Source of the DNA: Deltaproteobacteria bacterium
Lineage (GTDB): Bacteria; Bdellovibrionota; Bdellovibrionia; Bdellovibrionales; Bdellovibrionaceae
Assembly (NCBI GenBank): GCA_013286585.1
Contig: JABDFK010000001.1
Span: forward strand, 30,977-94,976
Length of the DNA stretch: 64,000 bases
Direction: 5' to 3'
The notes beneath the pieces are model-generated. The model ran no database searches, was not told the DNA's origin, and saw nothing but the letters and a program-made list of their open reading frames with translations. Positions 60,888 to 64,000 of this stretch are shown here, piece after piece (within the stretch, counting starts at the first letter, position 1; the number at the start of each line of letters is the position of its first letter). Made by a program: the position numbers and the translations under genes.

Positions 60888-63467
60888 CTAGTGAGCCTCA
60901 TCCCAATTGTCCCCAATCGCAGCGTTGGCTTTGAGTGGAACCTTCAGAGTCGTGACGCCGGCCATGAGCTGGCAGATTTCACTTTGATGCGCTCTTAGCT
61001 CGTCTTCGCTTCCTTCGAAAATGAGTTCATCGTGCACCTGCAGAATCATCGGGATACGAATTTTTTCGGCCACCTTGATCATCGCCATTTTCACGATATC
61101 GGCGGCTGTGCCTTGAATGGGCGCATTGATGGCCGCGCGCTCTCCAAATTTTTTGATCATGGCAGACGCTGACTTAAGCTCCTGAATGTATCGACGACGG
61201 CCCAACAGAGTTTCAACAAATCCATCACGAGTGGCCTGCATGATCGTGTCATCGATGTAGCTGCGAACACCTGGGAAACGCGTGAAGTATTTCTTAATAA
61301 TGTCGGCGGACTCTGTCCTAGAGATTCCTAGATTTTCCGCCAAACCAAAAGCCCCCTGGCCATAGGCGATTCCAAAATTGACCGCCTTCGCAGCCCGGCG
61401 CATCTGATCGGTGACATCTTCCAGCTTCACGCCAAAAACCTCCGCAGCGGTGGCGGCATGAATATCGAGGTCTTTGAAAAATGCCTGGCACAGATTCACA
61501 TCCCCCGAGTAATGAGCCAGAATTCGGAGCTCGATCTGAGAATAATCCACTGATAAGAGTTTTTTCCCCGCCTCTGCGGAGAAAGCTCGTCGCACGCGTG
61601 CACCCCGTTCGGTGCGAATGGGAATATTTTGTAAGTTGGGATCCGTGGACGACAAGCGGCCCGTGGCCGTGTGCGCTTGGTTGAGCGTGGTGTGAATGCG
61701 CCCGTCCTCTTTCACCATGTTAGGTAGTGCGTCCACATAAGTGGACTTCAACTTAGTGAGTTCTCTATAACTTAAAACTGAATCAATGATCGGATGCTTT
61801 GATTTTAATTTTTCCAAAACATCATTGTCCGTGGAAAATCCAATTTTGGTTTTCTTTCCGGGCGGAAGTTTCAATTTATTAAATAAAATATTCCCCAGCT
61901 GTTTGGGACTGGCGATGTTGAAGGCCTCTCCGGCGGCGGCGGAAATTTTGCTTTCTAACCCTTGGATTTCCAGCGTCAGCTCTTGACCTTGAATGCGCAG
62001 CAATTCCTTGTCTAGATGAATGCCATCACATTCCATTTTAAAAAGCAGTGGCATCAAAGGCATGTCCACTTCATGAAATAATTTTTTCTCGGCCTGATTT
62101 TCCTGCAGGCGCTCTTGCAGGGTGGCTTGAAGCCGCAGATGTTGATCCAGCAAGTCCCCAGGATTTTGCAGATCACCCGGAGTTTCACCCAGGTAGCGAA
62201 AAAGGACCCGTTCCCAATCGGTGGATTCACCAGCATGCAACACATAGGACGCCAGCAAAGAGTCCCAACTGGCGCGCGGCAAAACATCGCGGAACTGAAT
62301 GACGTGCCAAAATGTCTTAAGATCAAACCCTTGCCAATTCAGATCCAGTTTCTGCAACTGGCGCGAAAACTCCGATAGGTCACCGCGCAAAACATAGACC
62401 GATTTTGCCGCCGCATCACCCAGATAAATTCCCTGCTGGTTGTGCAAGCCCCAGATATTTTGACCAGCCTTGATCTTGGAAGAAACTTCTTCCACCGATA
62501 GGTCCATCACCTGAAAGTGATGGGATGCCTTGCTGACCGACTGAACTTCCACAGCCGGCTTTTCCACGGGAGTCACCGCAGAAGTGCCAGAAGCAGCTAC
62601 TCCGAACTTAGGCAAATGGTCCAAAGTTTTTTCTAAGTTTTTAAAGTTGAGCTCGGATAAAAGTTTTCGAAGCTCTGGAAGATCAGGTTCGCGGGTGTGA
62701 TAAGATTCTAGATCTTTTGAAATGGGCACATCAGTTTCAATGGTGACCAGTTTCTGAGATAGAAAAGCATTGGCTTTTCCAAGCTTCAATTTTTCCTGAG
62801 TGGAGCCCTTCACGGAATCGATGTTTTTATATATACCTTCAAGGTCACCAAACTCTTCCAAAAGTTTCTGTGCACCTTTAGGCCCGATCCCGTGAACTCC
62901 CGGAACGTTGTCCGAGGCATCCCCCACCAGAGCTAGATAATCGATCATTTGCGTGGGTTGGACGCCCCATTTTTCCTTCACTCCGGCCGAATCGTACTTC
63001 ACGTCCTTCATGGTATCAAAAAGCCAAACATGAGGCGCCACCAATTGGCCAAAGTCTTTGTCGCCAGAAACTATGTAAACATCCAGCCCATGTTGGCGCG
63101 AAATTTTGGTCATGGCCCCAATCAAATCGTCGGCCTCAAACCGCGGCACTTCGAGCGACGGAATCCCGAATAGATCGGCAATTTTTTTGATGTACGGAAT
63201 TTGCGGAATCAGATCTTCCGGAGTCTCGCCACGATTGGCTTTGTAGTCGTCATAAATTTCTTTGCGAAAACTGGGCTCTTTGCGGTCGTAACAAAAAACG
63301 ATGTACTCGGGCTTTTCGTCTTTCAGAACTTTCGTGACCATGGCCAAAAATCCGTAGATCGCATTCGTCGGCAAACCGCTCGGTGAAGTCAGAGGGCGAA
63401 TTGCATAAAATGCACGAAAGAAAAGTGAGCTAGCATCAATGAGAAAAATTCTTTTAGCGACCGGCAT
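60888..63467 (-). CDS. polA: DNA polymerase I
   Basis: 5' nuclease domain ('IFLIDASSLFFRAFYA', 'VSGDKDFGQL'). Polymerase motif A 'LLSVDYSQIELRILAH', motif B 'RRAAKAVNFGIAYG', motif C 'LQVHDELIFE'. The central domain lacks the ExoI/II/III acidic motifs. Confidence 0.95.
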   Translation of the reverse strand: MPVAKRIFLIDASSLFFRAFYAIRPLTSPSGLPTNAIYGFLAMVTKVLKDEKPEYIVFCYDRKEPSFRKEIYDDYKANRGETPEDLIPQIPYIKKIADLFGIPSLEVPRFEADDLIGAMTKISRQHGLDVYIVSGDKDFGQLVAPHVWLFDTMKDVKYDSAGVKEKWGVQPTQMIDYLALVGDASDNVPGVHGIGPKGAQKLLEEFGDLEGIYKNIDSVKGSTQEKLKLGKANAFLSQKLVTIETDVPISKDLESYHTREPDLPELRKLLSELNFKNLEKTLDHLPKFGVAASGTSAVTPVEKPAVEVQSVSKASHHFQVMDLSVEEVSSKIKAGQNIWGLHNQQGIYLGDAAAKSVYVLRGDLSEFSRQLQKLDLNWQGFDLKTFWHVIQFRDVLPRASWDSLLASYVLHAGESTDWERVLFRYLGETPGDLQNPGDLLDQHLRLQATLQERLQENQAEKKLFHEVDMPLMPLLFKMECDGIHLDKELLRIQGQELTLEIQGLESKISAAAGEAFNIASPKQLGNILFNKLKLPPGKKTKIGFSTDNDVLEKLKSKHPIIDSVLSYRELTKLKSTYVDALPNMVKEDGRIHTTLNQAHTATGRLSSTDPNLQNIPIRTERGARVRRAFSAEAGKKLLSVDYSQIELRILAHYSGDVNLCQAFFKDLDIHAATAAEVFGVKLEDVTDQMRRAAKAVNFGIAYGQGAFGLAENLGISRTESADIIKKYFTRFPGVRSYIDDTIMQATRDGFVETLLGRRRYIQELKSASAMIKKFGERAAINAPIQGTAADIVKMAMIKVAEKIRIPMILQVHDELIFEGSEDELRAHQSEICQLMAGVTTLKVPLKANAAIGDNWDEAH

Positions 63468-63508
63468 CCGGCTGAATTAACACGACGAAGAAGGCCGCGT
63501 CTAGAAGC

Positions 63509-63808
63509 TTAATTTTTCTCGTAAAGCCGGCGTTTCACCACATCCGATGAAACCTGGGCCGAGTGAGTCTCTTCCAAAATGGACTCTGCCAACGGATTTT
63601 GAAAAATCTGATCCGCAGCAAATTCTGCCTGTTTTTCAAGCAGCATAAGAGTGTCGATATGAAGCTCAATCGCCGTCAAAACGGAGCTGCGAGAGGATTC
63701 CCAACTGCTGACCAAATCCGATTTACAATTGAGTTTTCGAGCCAATTCAGCCTGAGTCCAACCCAGTCGACAACGAAGTAATTTAATTTTATCTGAAGTC
63801 CATGTCAT
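63509..63808 (-). CDS. Small XRE-type helix-turn-helix protein
   Basis: 'IKLLRCRLGWTQAELARKLNCKSDLVSSWESS'. Preferred start MTWTSD (63808); ORF extends to 63847. Confidence 0.6.
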   Translation of the reverse strand: MTWTSDKIKLLRCRLGWTQAELARKLNCKSDLVSSWESSRSSVLTAIELHIDTLMLLEKQAEFAADQIFQNPLAESILEETHSAQVSSDVVKRRLYEKN

Positions 63809-64000
63809 ATCGTTTATAAGTATGAAATGATTCGGGTTTAAAAGCAAGTATAGAGCCTTTGCTCCATGTAAAATTTAGCCCTTTGACAACAAATTTTGCG
63901 TGGTTTTTTGTGCACAAACCAAAGGCCTAAAAACCACTCAATCATCCGAGAAGACGAAAACCAAGTCATTCTCATCAGCTAAATCATAGCGATCCATAGC

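Overview
This is a chromosomal window from a Gram-negative bacterium, mid-GC by eye. The gene content and 16S sequence look Bdellovibrio-like (Bdellovibrionota). That placement is an inference, since I could not run a database search.

Layout:
- Left end: a 5'-truncated flagellin, a putative pepsin-like secreted protein, an MsrB-MsrA fusion and FliL.
- 4.3-9.9 kb (minus strand): a complete rRNA operon in the order tRNA-Ala, 16S, tRNA-Ile, 23S, 5S, with a clear intrinsic terminator.
- About 12.9-57.8 kb: an almost uninterrupted minus-strand gene array. Read along the plus-strand coordinates it holds: pilQ-pilP-pilO-pilN-pilM, pilD, a three-gene ABC module, carB / unknown ORF / carA, pyrB, four tandem signal peptidase I genes, lepA, metK, hpf, rpoN, lptB, an LptC/LptA-like gene, an 11.7-kb Agl/Glt-type gliding-motility-like cluster, kdsC, kdsD, pyrG, kdsB and engB.
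- Right end: an FHA-sigma54 activator, a FliL-domain protein, a BamE-like lipoprotein, polA and a small HTH gene.

Most interesting signals:
1. A family of about 150-nt structured repeats with 3 copies: an inverted pair at 10.7-11.1 kb and a third at 51.4 kb. The ends and core are conserved, while the long stems and the central hairpin stem differ between copies but stay paired.
2. The canonical kdsD-kdsC-lptC-lptA-lptB-rpoN-hpf locus is split at three points. One split holds the whole gliding cluster, whose first gene overlaps the kdsC stop (ATGA).
3. Several smaller oddities: a fourfold lepB array, an LptC-LptA fusion, an ORF inside carAB, and a bilobed aspartic-protease-like secreted protein.

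I saw no CRISPR array, transposase, integrase or recognisable defence system. All coordinates for RNA ends, starts and motifs come from reading the sequence by eye and are approximate to a few nt.
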